Origin: Desulfomicrobium sp.
Lineage (GTDB): Bacteria > Desulfobacterota > Desulfovibrionia > Desulfovibrionales > Desulfomicrobiaceae
Assembly (NCBI GenBank): GCA_041690155.1
Contig: JAWLHW010000002.1
Coordinates: 2,996 to 66,995 of the forward strand
DNA length: 64,000 nt
Direction: 5' to 3'
Position 1 is the first letter of the stretch. Each line of letters begins with the position of its first letter. Position numbers and translations under genes: made by a program. Below are positions 17,210 through 26,879 of the stretch, piece by piece. The notes beneath the pieces were generated by a model. The model was not told the DNA's origin, did not search any database, and saw only the letters and a program-made list of their open reading frames with translations.

Positions 17210-19798
17210 ATGCAACCATTGCATGTTTATACAGTTGTGCCCAAGCTTCCGGAAAAACTTTTGCCGCTCAAGGCGCTAGCAAGCAATCTCTATTTTTCAT
17301 GGCAGCATGAAATCGAGGAGTTTTTTGCCCAGATAGACCGCGAATTATGGGAAAAAAGCGAACACAATCCAGTCTGGTTCCTGAACCATCTGCCGCAGAG
17401 CACTCTGGAAGAACTGGGCGAGGATGAATTCTTTCTGGACCGTCTGTCAACCATTGCGGCGGGTTTTGAAAAATACCTCTCCAAGCGCGGCCCCATGACC
17501 GGGCTCGACGCCCTTGAAAGCGGGCCTGTGGTCGCCTATTTCAGCGCCGAATACGGTATCGCCCAATGTCTGCCCGTGTATTCGGGAGGGCTGGGCGTAC
17601 TGGCCGGGGACCATCTCAAATCCGCCAGCGATCTGAACATCCCCCTGATCGGAATCGGTCTGTGCTATCAGCGCGGATTTTTCCGCCAGTACCTGACCCA
17701 CGACGGCTGGCAGCAGGAACGCTATCAGCCCAACGACTTCGAGCAGATGCCGCTTTTTCCCGTACTGGACGAAGACGGCCTGCCCCTCAAGGTGCGTTTC
17801 CAGATGCAGGGCAGGCCCCTCTATTTCCGCGTCTGGCGGGCCGACGTGGGCCGCGTTCCGCTTTTCCTGATGGACACCAATATTCCCGACAACACGCCGG
17901 AACGCCGCGAACTGACCTCCCAGCTCTACGGCGGGGACCTGGAAATGCGACTCATGCAGGAATACCTGCTCGGTATCGGCGGCATCAAGGCCCTTGAGGC
18001 CATGGGCCTCTCCCCCCGGGTCATCCACATGAACGAAGGGCACTCGGCTTTTGCGGGCCTCGAAAGAATCCGCGTGCTCATGCAGGACCGTCACCTGTCC
18101 TTCGAGGCGGCCCTGGAACTGGTCGCCCAGAGTTCTGTCTTCACCACGCACACTCCTGTTCCGGCGGGCAACGACCGTTTCTCCCCGGACCTTATGGCCA
18201 AATACTTCCAGGAATATGCTGCGGACCTGGGGCTGTCCTGGAAAGTTTTTCTGGCCCTTGGCCGGGAAAACACGCGTAATGAAGCCGAGCACTTCTGCAT
18301 GACCGTACTGGCCCTGCGCCTGTCCCGCTTCAACAACGGCGTCAGCCGCCTGCACGGCAAGGTTTCGCGTAAAATGTGGGCCAATGTCTGGTCGCAATAT
18401 CCCGTGGAAGACGTGCCCATCACCTGGGTCACCAACGGCATCCATTTCCCGACCTGGGTGGCTCCTGAAATGTCCGTCCTCTACGACCGTTTCCTGGGCC
18501 AGTCATGGCGTGAAGACCCGGACTGCGAGCGGGTCGGCGAAAAATTCGGGTCCATCCCGGACATTGAGCTCTGGCGGGCCCACGAACGCCTGCGGGAGCG
18601 ACTGGTCGACTTTGTGCGCCGCCGCCTGCAGCAGCAGATCATGTCCCGGGGCGGCCGCAGCTGGGAGCTCGAAGTCGCGGACAATGTTCTTAATCCCGAG
18701 GCTCTGACCATCGGCTTCGCCCGCCGCTTCGCGTCCTACAAGCGCGCCTATCTGCTTTTAAAAGACGATGACCGCCTGAAACGCCTCGTCACGGACCCCG
18801 CCCGCCCGGTACAGTTCATCTTTGCCGGCAAGGCCCATCCACGGGACAATGAAGGCAAGAAAATCATTCAGGAGCTCATCAGTCTCTGCCAGTCTCCGGA
18901 GAGCCGCTCGTCCATGGTCTTTCTGGAAGACTATGACATGCAGGTCGCCCGCTACCTGGTCCAGGGCTGCGACATATGGCTCAACAACCCGCGCCGGCCT
19001 CTGGAGGCCTGCGGCACCAGCGGCATGAAGGCCATGGCCAACGGCGTGCTGAACCTGAGCACCCTTGACGGCTGGTGGGACGAAGCCTGGAGCCCGGACA
19101 ACTCCGTGGGCTGGGCCATCGGCAACGCCGAGGAATACGACGACGTCGAATACCAGGACTTCGTGGAGAGCCAGACTCTCTACAACATCCTTGAAAAAGA
19201 CATCATCCCGCTCTTCTACGACCGCGTGCAAGGCTCCTTCCCCAGACGCTGGGTGCAGAAGATGAAACAGGCCCTCAAAACCCTGGGGCCGGTCTTCAAT
19301 GGGCATCGCATGGTCGAGGAATATTCCAAACGCGCCTATCTCCCGTCCAACATCAGCTACGGCAAGCTCACGGCAAACGGGTACCGCCCGGTCACGGAAC
19401 TGGCCGACTGGCGCATGAACCTGCTCACCCACTGGGGCGGGCTTGATATCCGCAACGTGCAGTGCGTCACGGCCCACGAAATGTTTGTCGGCGAGAACCT
19501 TGAGGTCAGCGCCGAGGTCAAGGTCGATGGCCTCGGCATCCAGGACATCCGCGTGGAAATCTACACCGGCCCCCTCGACCACACCGGCAAATTCGCAAAC
19601 CGGTCCACCTTCACCATGAGCCCGGACGAGCGCACGGCTGACGGCTGGTACATATATCGAGGCAAGGCCATGCCCATGGCCACGGGCAAATTCGGATTCA
19701 CCGTGCGCATCCTGCCGCACCACCCGCTGCTGCGCGATGCGCACAGCCTAGGCCTGATCTTCTGGGCTGACAACCCCGATCCAAAACTCCAGGGGTAG
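17210..19798 (+). CDS. glgP: Alpha-glucan (glycogen) phosphorylase
   Basis: YFSAEYG, YSGGLGVLAGDHLK, HMNEGH, ARRFASYKR, PLP motif EACGTSGMK; GGAGG RBS before 17210. Confidence 0.95.
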   Translation: MQPLHVYTVVPKLPEKLLPLKALASNLYFSWQHEIEEFFAQIDRELWEKSEHNPVWFLNHLPQSTLEELGEDEFFLDRLSTIAAGFEKYLSKRGPMTGLDALESGPVVAYFSAEYGIAQCLPVYSGGLGVLAGDHLKSASDLNIPLIGIGLCYQRGFFRQYLTHDGWQQERYQPNDFEQMPLFPVLDEDGLPLKVRFQMQGRPLYFRVWRADVGRVPLFLMDTNIPDNTPERRELTSQLYGGDLEMRLMQEYLLGIGGIKALEAMGLSPRVIHMNEGHSAFAGLERIRVLMQDRHLSFEAALELVAQSSVFTTHTPVPAGNDRFSPDLMAKYFQEYAADLGLSWKVFLALGRENTRNEAEHFCMTVLALRLSRFNNGVSRLHGKVSRKMWANVWSQYPVEDVPITWVTNGIHFPTWVAPEMSVLYDRFLGQSWREDPDCERVGEKFGSIPDIELWRAHERLRERLVDFVRRRLQQQIMSRGGRSWELEVADNVLNPEALTIGFARRFASYKRAYLLLKDDDRLKRLVTDPARPVQFIFAGKAHPRDNEGKKIIQELISLCQSPESRSSMVFLEDYDMQVARYLVQGCDIWLNNPRRPLEACGTSGMKAMANGVLNLSTLDGWWDEAWSPDNSVGWAIGNAEEYDDVEYQDFVESQTLYNILEKDIIPLFYDRVQGSFPRRWVQKMKQALKTLGPVFNGHRMVEEYSKRAYLPSNISYGKLTANGYRPVTELADWRMNLLTHWGGLDIRNVQCVTAHEMFVGENLEVSAEVKVDGLGIQDIRVEIYTGPLDHTGKFANRSTFTMSPDERTADGWYIYRGKAMPMATGKFGFTVRILPHHPLLRDAHSLGLIFWADNPDPKLQG

Positions 19799-19805
19799 AG
19801 GACGG

Positions 19806-20552
19806 GTGGCCAAGAAAGTCGATCGGGCCGATGTGGTCCTGGCCGAACAGGGGCTGGTCGAGAGCTGCGAAAAGGCCACGCGCATGATCATGGCCGGACA
19901 GGTGTTCCTGCTCCGAAACGGGAGCAGGAGCCTCGTGGCCAAGCCCGGGCAGCAGATACCCCGCGACGCGCGGCTGGAAATCAAGGAACCCGAGCGTTTC
20001 GTATCGCGGGGCGGCTACAAGCTGCTCACGGCCCTTGAGCATTTTGCCCTGGACGTGAGCGGCATGATTGCCCTGGATGCCGGAGCCTCCACCGGCGGAT
20101 TCACGGACTGCCTGCTGCAGTTCGGGGCCGCGCGGGTTTACGCCGTGGATGTGGGACACGCCCAGCTGCACTGGAAGCTGGTCACGGACCCGCGCGTCGT
20201 CAATCTGGAGCGGATCAACCTGCGTCACGCCGCTGCCGATCTCATTCCCGAAAAAGTGGACCTGGTGGTGGCCGACTGCTCTTTTATCTCCCTGCGGCTC
20301 ATCCTGCCCCCCTGCCTGCAGTTTTTAAAGGATACAGGGCAAGTCCTGGCCCTGGTCAAACCGCAGTTCGAACTAAGCCCCGAACACGCGGTCAAGGGCG
20401 TGGTCCGCTCAGAGGAACTGCAGCTCAAAGCCGTGGCCGAGGTGCAGGCCTTCGCCCGGGACGAGCTCGGACTACAGGCCCTGGGCTTCGTCCCGGCAGG
20501 GATCAAGGGCCCCAAAGGCAATCAGGAGTACCTGCTCCATTTGCGGCGCTGA
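19806..20552 (+). CDS. tlyA: TlyA family rRNA 2'-O-methyltransferase
   Basis: S4-like N-terminus, FVSRGGYKL, DAGASTGGFTDCLL, SFISL, KPQFE, GPKGNQEY. Confidence 0.93.
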   Translation: MAKKVDRADVVLAEQGLVESCEKATRMIMAGQVFLLRNGSRSLVAKPGQQIPRDARLEIKEPERFVSRGGYKLLTALEHFALDVSGMIALDAGASTGGFTDCLLQFGAARVYAVDVGHAQLHWKLVTDPRVVNLERINLRHAAADLIPEKVDLVVADCSFISLRLILPPCLQFLKDTGQVLALVKPQFELSPEHAVKGVVRSEELQLKAVAEVQAFARDELGLQALGFVPAGIKGPKGNQEYLLHLRR

Positions 20553-20628
20553 CCTTGGGCTTTGCCAAGCAGGGACGATGCGGGTACAGACCGCGTTCAT
20601 ATTTCACACTTCAACCATATTTGAACCC

Positions 20629-21234
20629 ATGCCCGACAGATTTCTGACCGAAGACCGCAAGACCAGGCTCAGATCCGTATTGGCCAAACGCCAGCCCGAC
20701 CTGACCCTGGTACTGAACAATATCCACGACCCGCACAACGTGTCCGCCATCCTGCGCAGTTGCGACGCCTTTGGGGTGTTCGGCGTGCACCTTTATTACA
20801 CCAAGGAAAAATTTCCGTCCTTGGCCAACAGCTCCTCGGGCTCCGCCAAGAAATGGATCGACCTGACCCGCCACCGCGAAGCGGGGGTCATGGTCCAGGG
20901 CCTGCGCGACCGCGGCATGCAGATCGTGGGCACGGGCTTCAGCCCCACGGCCAGGCCCATCATGGATATCGATTTCACCAAACCCACGGCCATCATTCTC
21001 GGCAACGAGCACCGGGGCATGGACCCCGACGTCAAGGTTCACGTGCCGGACGAGATCTACATCCCCATGTTCGGCATGGTGCAGAGCCTGAACGTGTCCG
21101 TGGCCGCAGCGACCATCCTCTATGAAGCCATGCGCCAGCGCCTGGCCGCCGGGATGTACGACCAGAGCCCTCTGGACGCGGACGAATTCGAGGACGTATA
21201 CGCAGACTGGTGCAAGCGCGGCAAAGACTACTAG
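20629..21234 (+). CDS. trmH: TrmH/SpoU family tRNA (G18-2'-O) methyltransferase
   Basis: HNVSAILRSCDAFG, LGNEHRG, IPMFGMVQSLNVSVA. Confidence 0.88.
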   Translation: MPDRFLTEDRKTRLRSVLAKRQPDLTLVLNNIHDPHNVSAILRSCDAFGVFGVHLYYTKEKFPSLANSSSGSAKKWIDLTRHREAGVMVQGLRDRGMQIVGTGFSPTARPIMDIDFTKPTAIILGNEHRGMDPDVKVHVPDEIYIPMFGMVQSLNVSVAAATILYEAMRQRLAAGMYDQSPLDADEFEDVYADWCKRGKDY

Positions 21235-21259
21235 CCGGGGCCGGGCCCCTGGAGAACCG

Positions 21260-22324
21260 ATGGCGGGAAACACTTTCGGCAACATCTTCAAGCTGACGAC
21301 CTTTGGGGAATCCCATGGCCCGGCCCTGGGCGGGGTGGTGGACGGATGTCCCGCCGGGATCGCCCTTTGCGAAACCATCATTCAGACGGAGCTCGACAAA
21401 CGCAGACCCGGACAGGGCGGCCTGGCCGTCACCGCCCGTAGCGAACCGGACCGCATCCGGCTCTTGTCCGGTATCTTTGAAGGCCGCACCACGGGCACGT
21501 CCATCGGCTTTGCCATCGAGAACACGGACCAGCGCTCGCGCGATTACGGCGAAATAAAAGACGTTTTCCGGCCGGGCCACGGAGACATGACCTATCAGGC
21601 CAAGTACGGCCTGCGCGACTATCGCGGCGGAGGCCGTTCCTCGGGACGGGAGACGGTGTCGCGCGTGGCGGGCGGAGCCGTGGCGGCGGCATTTCTGAAG
21701 ACTCTGGGGATTACTGTCCGGGCCGCCGCCGTGGAGCTTGGCGGCATCGCATCCGAGAGCGTCGATATGGAAGGCGCCGAGCAGCGCCCCTTCTTCGCGG
21801 CTGACGACCACGCGGCGCTGCGCTGGCAGGAAAGGGTCAAGGACGTAGCGGGTCAGGGCGACACGCTGGGCGGCATCGTCGAAATCCGCGCCAGCGGAGT
21901 GCCGGCGGGGCTTGGCGAGCCGGTCTTCGACAAGCTCGATGCCCGTCTGGCCGCGGCGCTCATGAGCGTGGGCGCGGTCAAGGGAGTCGAGATCGGGAGC
22001 GGGTTCGCGGCCAGCCGCATGCGCGGCAGCGAAAACAACGACGCCATGCAGGATTCGGGCTTTGCGTCCAACAACGCAGGCGGAATCCTGGCCGGGATCT
22101 CAAGCGGCCAGGAAATTGTGCTGCGCGCCGCCATCAAACCCATCCCGTCCATTGCGATTGAGCAACAGACCCTGGACCGCTTCGGAGCGGCGCGGACCAT
22201 CAGCGTCGGGGGACGGCACGACATCTGCGCCATCCCCCGCGTGGTCCCGGTGCTCTCGGCCATGGTCCGGCTGGTCCTGGCCGACATGGTCCTGCTGCAA
22301 CGGCGCATGGGAGTTGGCACATGA
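21260..22324 (+). CDS. aroC: Chorismate synthase
   Basis: MAGNTFG, TFGESHG, RPGHGD, GGGRSSGRET, GRHD; GGAG RBS. Confidence 0.97.
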   Translation: MAGNTFGNIFKLTTFGESHGPALGGVVDGCPAGIALCETIIQTELDKRRPGQGGLAVTARSEPDRIRLLSGIFEGRTTGTSIGFAIENTDQRSRDYGEIKDVFRPGHGDMTYQAKYGLRDYRGGGRSSGRETVSRVAGGAVAAAFLKTLGITVRAAAVELGGIASESVDMEGAEQRPFFAADDHAALRWQERVKDVAGQGDTLGGIVEIRASGVPAGLGEPVFDKLDARLAAALMSVGAVKGVEIGSGFAASRMRGSENNDAMQDSGFASNNAGGILAGISSGQEIVLRAAIKPIPSIAIEQQTLDRFGAARTISVGGRHDICAIPRVVPVLSAMVRLVLADMVLLQRRMGVGT

Positions 22325-23103
22325 GCGTTGGCGCGGGCTTTATCCTCAAGAAAGCCCTGGGCACGCTCTTCATGCCCCTGTCGATCTGTCTGGTTCTTTT
22401 CGCCCTCGGCATGGTCTACGTGCTGCTACGTCGCTCCAAAGACGCCATCGCCCCCTTTGTCATGGGCGGACTCCTGCTTTACGCCTTTTCCCTCAATTCC
22501 GTTTCCGCAACCCTGATCCGCCCCCTTGAGGACGCCTACCCGCCCCTGAACCTGTCCAGTGCGGAGATCCTCAAAAAACCTGTCAAATGGGTGGTCGTGC
22601 TCGGCGCGGGACATTGGACGGACACGCGCCTGCCCCCCGGAGCCATGCTCGAAGAGGCGGCCCTGTACCGACTGAATGAGGGCATCCGGGTTGCTCGTCG
22701 TTTTCCGGACTCCATCCTGGTTCTTTCGGGCGGTAAATACAAAGACGAACAACCAAACGCCAAGGTTATGGCCGCGGCCGCCGTAGACCTTGGCTTTAAT
22801 CCGGGCCGGATCATGCTCTCCGACAAAGCCCTCGACACTCATGACGAAGCGATGCACATGAGGAGCATGGTCGGTTCCGACGCCTTCGTGCTGGTAACTT
22901 CGGCCTCGCACATGCTGCGCGCCGTCAAGCTGTTTGAAAATCAAGGCCTCAAACCCATCCCCGCGCCGACCTGTTACCGAGACAAAGGCGAGCCCGAGCA
23001 CTTCCTGCCCGGGGCAGACAACATCAAGACCTGCAACATGGCCGTGCACGAATACCTGGGTTTGGCCTGGTCTTTTGTGCGCGGGCAGATATCCATTCTC
23101 TAA
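22321..23103 (+). CDS. ElyC/YdcF (DUF218) family envelope protein
   Basis: Two N-terminal TM helices, VVVLG, LSGG, DTHDEA, LVTSASHMLRA, HEYLG. Confidence 0.88.
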   Translation: MSVGAGFILKKALGTLFMPLSICLVLFALGMVYVLLRRSKDAIAPFVMGGLLLYAFSLNSVSATLIRPLEDAYPPLNLSSAEILKKPVKWVVVLGAGHWTDTRLPPGAMLEEAALYRLNEGIRVARRFPDSILVLSGGKYKDEQPNAKVMAAAAVDLGFNPGRIMLSDKALDTHDEAMHMRSMVGSDAFVLVTSASHMLRAVKLFENQGLKPIPAPTCYRDKGEPEHFLPGADNIKTCNMAVHEYLGLAWSFVRGQISIL

Positions 23104-23991
23104 GTGATTGACATCCTTCCCACCCTGGCCCTGGCCACCTCGAAGCACAGCCCGGACAAGGCCACCATCCGCGCCTGGGCCCTGGTCCTGTCCAGCCGCA
23201 GGTTTCTGAACCGCTTCGATCATGGCCGGCTTCTGGTCGCACCGGCCCTGGCGCCGCTCGCGGTGCGTGAAATCATCGCCTACGAAGAGGAAAATCTGCC
23301 CCGGCCCCGCCCGGCGCCCCTGCCCGACAATTCCTGGGTCAGTCTGCTGATCATCGCCATCTTTCTGGGCCTGACCATATGGGTCGACGCCCAGGGTCTG
23401 GGCAGACGCACCTTGTGGTATCTCGCCGGCCGGGCCGACGCCGCACTCATTATGGGCGGCGAGTGGTGGCGATGCGTAACCGCCCTTTTCCTGCATGCCG
23501 ACGCCGGACATCTGCTGTCCAACGCAGGCGCCCTGGCCGTACTCGCCTCGCTCCTGGCGCGACGTATCGGATCGGGCCTGACCTGGGGACTCTTCATAGC
23601 CTCGGGCAGCCTCGGCAATGCCGTCAACGCCTGGGCCCAGGCCCCCGATCATCTGAGCGTGGGCGCATCCACAGGAGTATTCGGGCTGATCGGCGTCCTG
23701 GCCGGCGGTGCGGGCCGGGCCGAACGCGGCTCAAGAGGTCAGGTTCTCCTGCTGGCCCTGGGCTTCGGCTTCAGCCTGCTGGCCATGCTCGGCGCGGGCG
23801 AAGAACGCGTGGACCTGGGTGCGCATTTTTTCGGGATGTGCTGCGGCCTGCCCTTCGGATTGCTGGTCGGAGACTGGCACGGAGCGAGCGGATGGAAGGC
23901 GAGGATTGGAACCCTGTGCGGCGCGGCCGGACTGGCCCTTGTAGTCTGGGCCTGGGCCCTGGCTCTTGAAGGCGGCGTGCTGGAAGGATGA
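23104..23991 (+). CDS. Rhomboid family intramembrane serine protease
   Basis: GEWWR..TALFLH...HLLSN, SVGAST (catalytic Ser), AHFFG (catalytic His). Confidence 0.88.
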   Translation: MIDILPTLALATSKHSPDKATIRAWALVLSSRRFLNRFDHGRLLVAPALAPLAVREIIAYEEENLPRPRPAPLPDNSWVSLLIIAIFLGLTIWVDAQGLGRRTLWYLAGRADAALIMGGEWWRCVTALFLHADAGHLLSNAGALAVLASLLARRIGSGLTWGLFIASGSLGNAVNAWAQAPDHLSVGASTGVFGLIGVLAGGAGRAERGSRGQVLLLALGFGFSLLAMLGAGEERVDLGAHFFGMCCGLPFGLLVGDWHGASGWKARIGTLCGAAGLALVVWAWALALEGGVLEG

Positions 23992-24034
23992 GGTTCGAGG
24001 AGCCCGGGGGCTCCCCGAACAGGAGGCTTGCGGT

Positions 24035-24400
24035 CTAGAATTGTCCGGTTCTGAGCATGACCAGGGTGCAGGCATGCTCCCAGGGGATGCCCGCTTCGGT
24101 CAGGGCCTGTTCCAGCGCCGCTGATTCCGTGCCGGGATTGAGTATGACTCGCCCGGGCTTCAGGGCTATGATGGATTCCTGCAACAGGGCGCTGCGCTCC
24201 GGGCCGACATAAAGGGTCAGCGTGTCCACCTTTTGATCGATGGCGTCCAGGCTTGGAACGACTGGCAACTCCTCGATGACGGTTCGGCCCGGCGTGACCG
24301 GGATGACCGAATGGCCATAATCTTTGAGCATGCGCACGGCCTGGTTTGAGTAGCGCTCCGGCTTGTGGCTCGCTCCGAGCACTGCGACAATCTGGCCCAT
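24035..24400 (-). CDS. CoA-binding protein (YccU-like)
   Basis: VAVLGASHKPERYS, NPGTES, ACTLV; start 4 nt after the grpE stop. Confidence 0.85.
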   Translation of the reverse strand: MGQIVAVLGASHKPERYSNQAVRMLKDYGHSVIPVTPGRTVIEELPVVPSLDAIDQKVDTLTLYVGPERSALLQESIIALKPGRVILNPGTESAALEQALTEAGIPWEHACTLVMLRTGQF

Positions 24401-24404
24401 GAGT

Positions 24405-24950
24405 TTACGCTCCCGCCTTGCGGCTGACCATGACCTTGGCCGGACGCAGCAATCTGTCCTTGAGCATGTAACCTTTCTGCAGCATCTGGCAGACCGTGTT
24501 TTCACCCACGTCGTCCCGCTCGACCTGACCCAGAGCTTCGTGACGGGAGGGATCGAAGGGCACGTCCAGCTCCGCGATCTGCTCCAGCCCGTGCTTCTTC
24601 ATCGTGTCGAGGAAAATGTTCATGGTCATTTCGACACCCGTGACCAGGTCCTTGCAGGCTTCGGTCTGCTTGCCGTGGGCCAGGGCCAAGTCAAGATTGT
24701 CCATGACGGGGATGATCTCCTCGAGGATGGCGGAGGTGGCGAACTTGAAATAGTCTTCCTTTTCGCGCAGAAGCCGCTTCTTGAAATTCTCGCTATCAGC
24801 CAGAACGCGCAGATTGTCCTTTTTGAGTTCCTCTACGTCGGCCAGCGCCTGGGCATATTTTTCTTCCAGGGTCAGCTCCTTTGCTTCTTCAGCCTGCATT
24901 TCGGCCTGCACTTCTTCCGGGTTCTGGCCCTCTTTTTCCTTATTGGACAT
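24405..24950 (-). CDS. grpE: Nucleotide exchange factor GrpE
   Basis: ADSENFKKR, FDPSRHEA, QKGYMLKDRLLRPAKVMV; AGGAG RBS. Confidence 0.96.
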   Translation of the reverse strand: MSNKEKEGQNPEEVQAEMQAEEAKELTLEEKYAQALADVEELKKDNLRVLADSENFKKRLLREKEDYFKFATSAILEEIIPVMDNLDLALAHGKQTEACKDLVTGVEMTMNIFLDTMKKHGLEQIAELDVPFDPSRHEALGQVERDDVGENTVCQMLQKGYMLKDRLLRPAKVMVSRKAGA

Positions 24951-25002
24951 GAAAAACTCCTGCTCCTTGAAATATTTGAGAAACCGCTTCACTTTATGAA
25001 CC

Positions 25003-26019
25003 TTAGAAGCGGGATTTGAGGCACTGACTAAGTATTTGGGCGGCAAAGTCAACCATGGGCACGATGCGCGCATAGTTCATGCGCACCGGCCCAAGCACGG
25101 CCAAGGTGCCGTGATTGGTGGAAAAAGCGCTATAGGGAGAAGCCACCAGCGAACATCCCGCAAGTCCGGGCATGTCCTGGGTCAGGCTGACGGAGACAGA
25201 CTGGCTGGCCGAGGTCTTGTCCAGGAGTTCGAGCAGCCGGGAACGCTCTTCGATAAGTCGCAAAAGCTCCTGGATGGTCTCAAGCTCCGTGAATTCGGGC
25301 TGGCCCGTAAGGTGGCTCGCACCACCGACAAAAACTTCCGGCTGCTCTTCCCCGGCCAGGGCCTGCGCGACCAGTTCCCAGGCCCTGCGATATGCATCCA
25401 GGGTCCTGCGCGCGTTATGCAGCTGGCGCTCGATCTCGCCGCGCACCTCATGGGTGGTGCGGCCCTCGAACAGGCTGTTCAGATAATTGCCGTAGCGCAC
25501 GAGGTCATCGGCGCTTAAACACTCGTCCATCTGCACCAGACGATTGCTGATCAGCCCGCCCTGCATGACCAGCACCGCCATGATCATGCCGGGCCTAAGC
25601 AGGACGAAATCTATCTGTCGCCAGCGGGCCAGATCCTGACGCGGGGCCATGATCACACAAACCTGACGGGTCAGGGACGAAAGGGTTCTGACTGCGCGCC
25701 GCAGAACCTGAGGCAAATCCCCTTCGCTCGGCAGAATGTGTTCGTGCAGGCGGGATTGTTCCCTGCGCGACAGCGGGCCGAGTTTCAGCACCTCATCGAG
25801 ATAATAGCGAAAAGCCTGGACCGTCGGGACCCGGCCTGCGGATGTGTGCGGCTGCTGCAGATAGTCCTTTTCCGTCAGCGCAGCCATGGCCGACCTCACA
25901 GACGCGGGGCTGAGCCCGAGACCCGAGGCCAACGTCTGGGAAGGCACGGGCAGGGCGGTCTCGACATAGGTCTCGACCACTGCGGTGAGAACGGCAGTTT
26001 CGCGCTTGCTCAAGATCAT
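25003..26019 (-). CDS. hrcA: Heat-inducible transcription repressor HrcA
   Basis: SPASVR, QPHTSAGRVPT, AVLGPVRMNY. ATGA overlap with rfbD. Confidence 0.93.
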   Translation of the reverse strand: MILSKRETAVLTAVVETYVETALPVPSQTLASGLGLSPASVRSAMAALTEKDYLQQPHTSAGRVPTVQAFRYYLDEVLKLGPLSRREQSRLHEHILPSEGDLPQVLRRAVRTLSSLTRQVCVIMAPRQDLARWRQIDFVLLRPGMIMAVLVMQGGLISNRLVQMDECLSADDLVRYGNYLNSLFEGRTTHEVRGEIERQLHNARRTLDAYRRAWELVAQALAGEEQPEVFVGGASHLTGQPEFTELETIQELLRLIEERSRLLELLDKTSASQSVSVSLTQDMPGLAGCSLVASPYSAFSTNHGTLAVLGPVRMNYARIVPMVDFAAQILSQCLKSRF

Positions 26020-26879
26020 GACAGGCAGTCTTCCCGCGAGAAAAGAAATTCGCGCAGGGCCTGGAGCCACGGACGCGGCGCAATACCCGTGGCGGCCGTG
26101 AACGCGCTCAGATCCAGAACCGAATACGCCGGACGGCACGCCTTCTGGGGATATTCGGACGAGGGGATGGGCTTGATCCGGCAGGCCAGATCCGCGCCCC
26201 GGACGGCCTCTGTCGCCAGCTCGCACCAGCTTGCCTGCCCCGCGTTGGCCAGATGAAAGATACCCGTCGCCCCCCTGTCCAGGAGTGCCAGCGAACCGGC
26301 GGCCAGATCCGGGGTGTAGGAAGGGCTGCCAATCTGGTCATGGACCACACTGAGCTCCGGCCGTGTCGCGGCCAGTTCCAGAATGCGGGTCACGAAATTT
26401 GTCTTGCACGGGCCAAAAAGCCACGAGGTTCGGATGATGAGCAGGTTCGGCAGGTTAAGAGCCAGAAGCTCCCGCTCGCCCTGCAGCTTGGTCTGGCCGT
26501 AGACCGAACCTGGCGCGGTCTGATCCCCGGGGCCATAGGGGGTTGTCTTTCTGCCGTTGAAAACGAAATCCGTGCTGTAATGGACCAGGGGAACCCCTGC
26601 GTTCTGCACGGCCTTGCCCAGAATCAGCGGCAGCTGCCGGTTCAGCCGGGAGGCTTCGACCGGTTCGTCCTCGGCCTGATCGACCTTGGTGTAGGCCACG
26701 GTGTTGAAAAGCACCTCCGCCCTGGTTCGGGCGAGATAGTCCTCTACAGCCGGGCGCTCGAACAGGTTCAGCTCGTCTCGTCCCGGAGCATTTACGGCCC
26801 ACCCCTGCCTGGCCAGGGCCAAGCTCAGGGCCTGTCCCAGCAAACCGGTCTTGCCGCCCAGCACAACGGCGCTTCTCAT
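26016..26879 (-). CDS. rfbD: dTDP-4-dehydrorhamnose reductase
   Basis: GLLG, AYTKVDQAE, STDFVFNG, YGQTKLQGE, DQIGSPSY, RPAYS. Confidence 0.95.
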   Translation of the reverse strand: MRSAVVLGGKTGLLGQALSLALARQGWAVNAPGRDELNLFERPAVEDYLARTRAEVLFNTVAYTKVDQAEDEPVEASRLNRQLPLILGKAVQNAGVPLVHYSTDFVFNGRKTTPYGPGDQTAPGSVYGQTKLQGERELLALNLPNLLIIRTSWLFGPCKTNFVTRILELAATRPELSVVHDQIGSPSYTPDLAAGSLALLDRGATGIFHLANAGQASWCELATEAVRGADLACRIKPIPSSEYPQKACRPAYSVLDLSAFTAATGIAPRPWLQALREFLFSREDCLS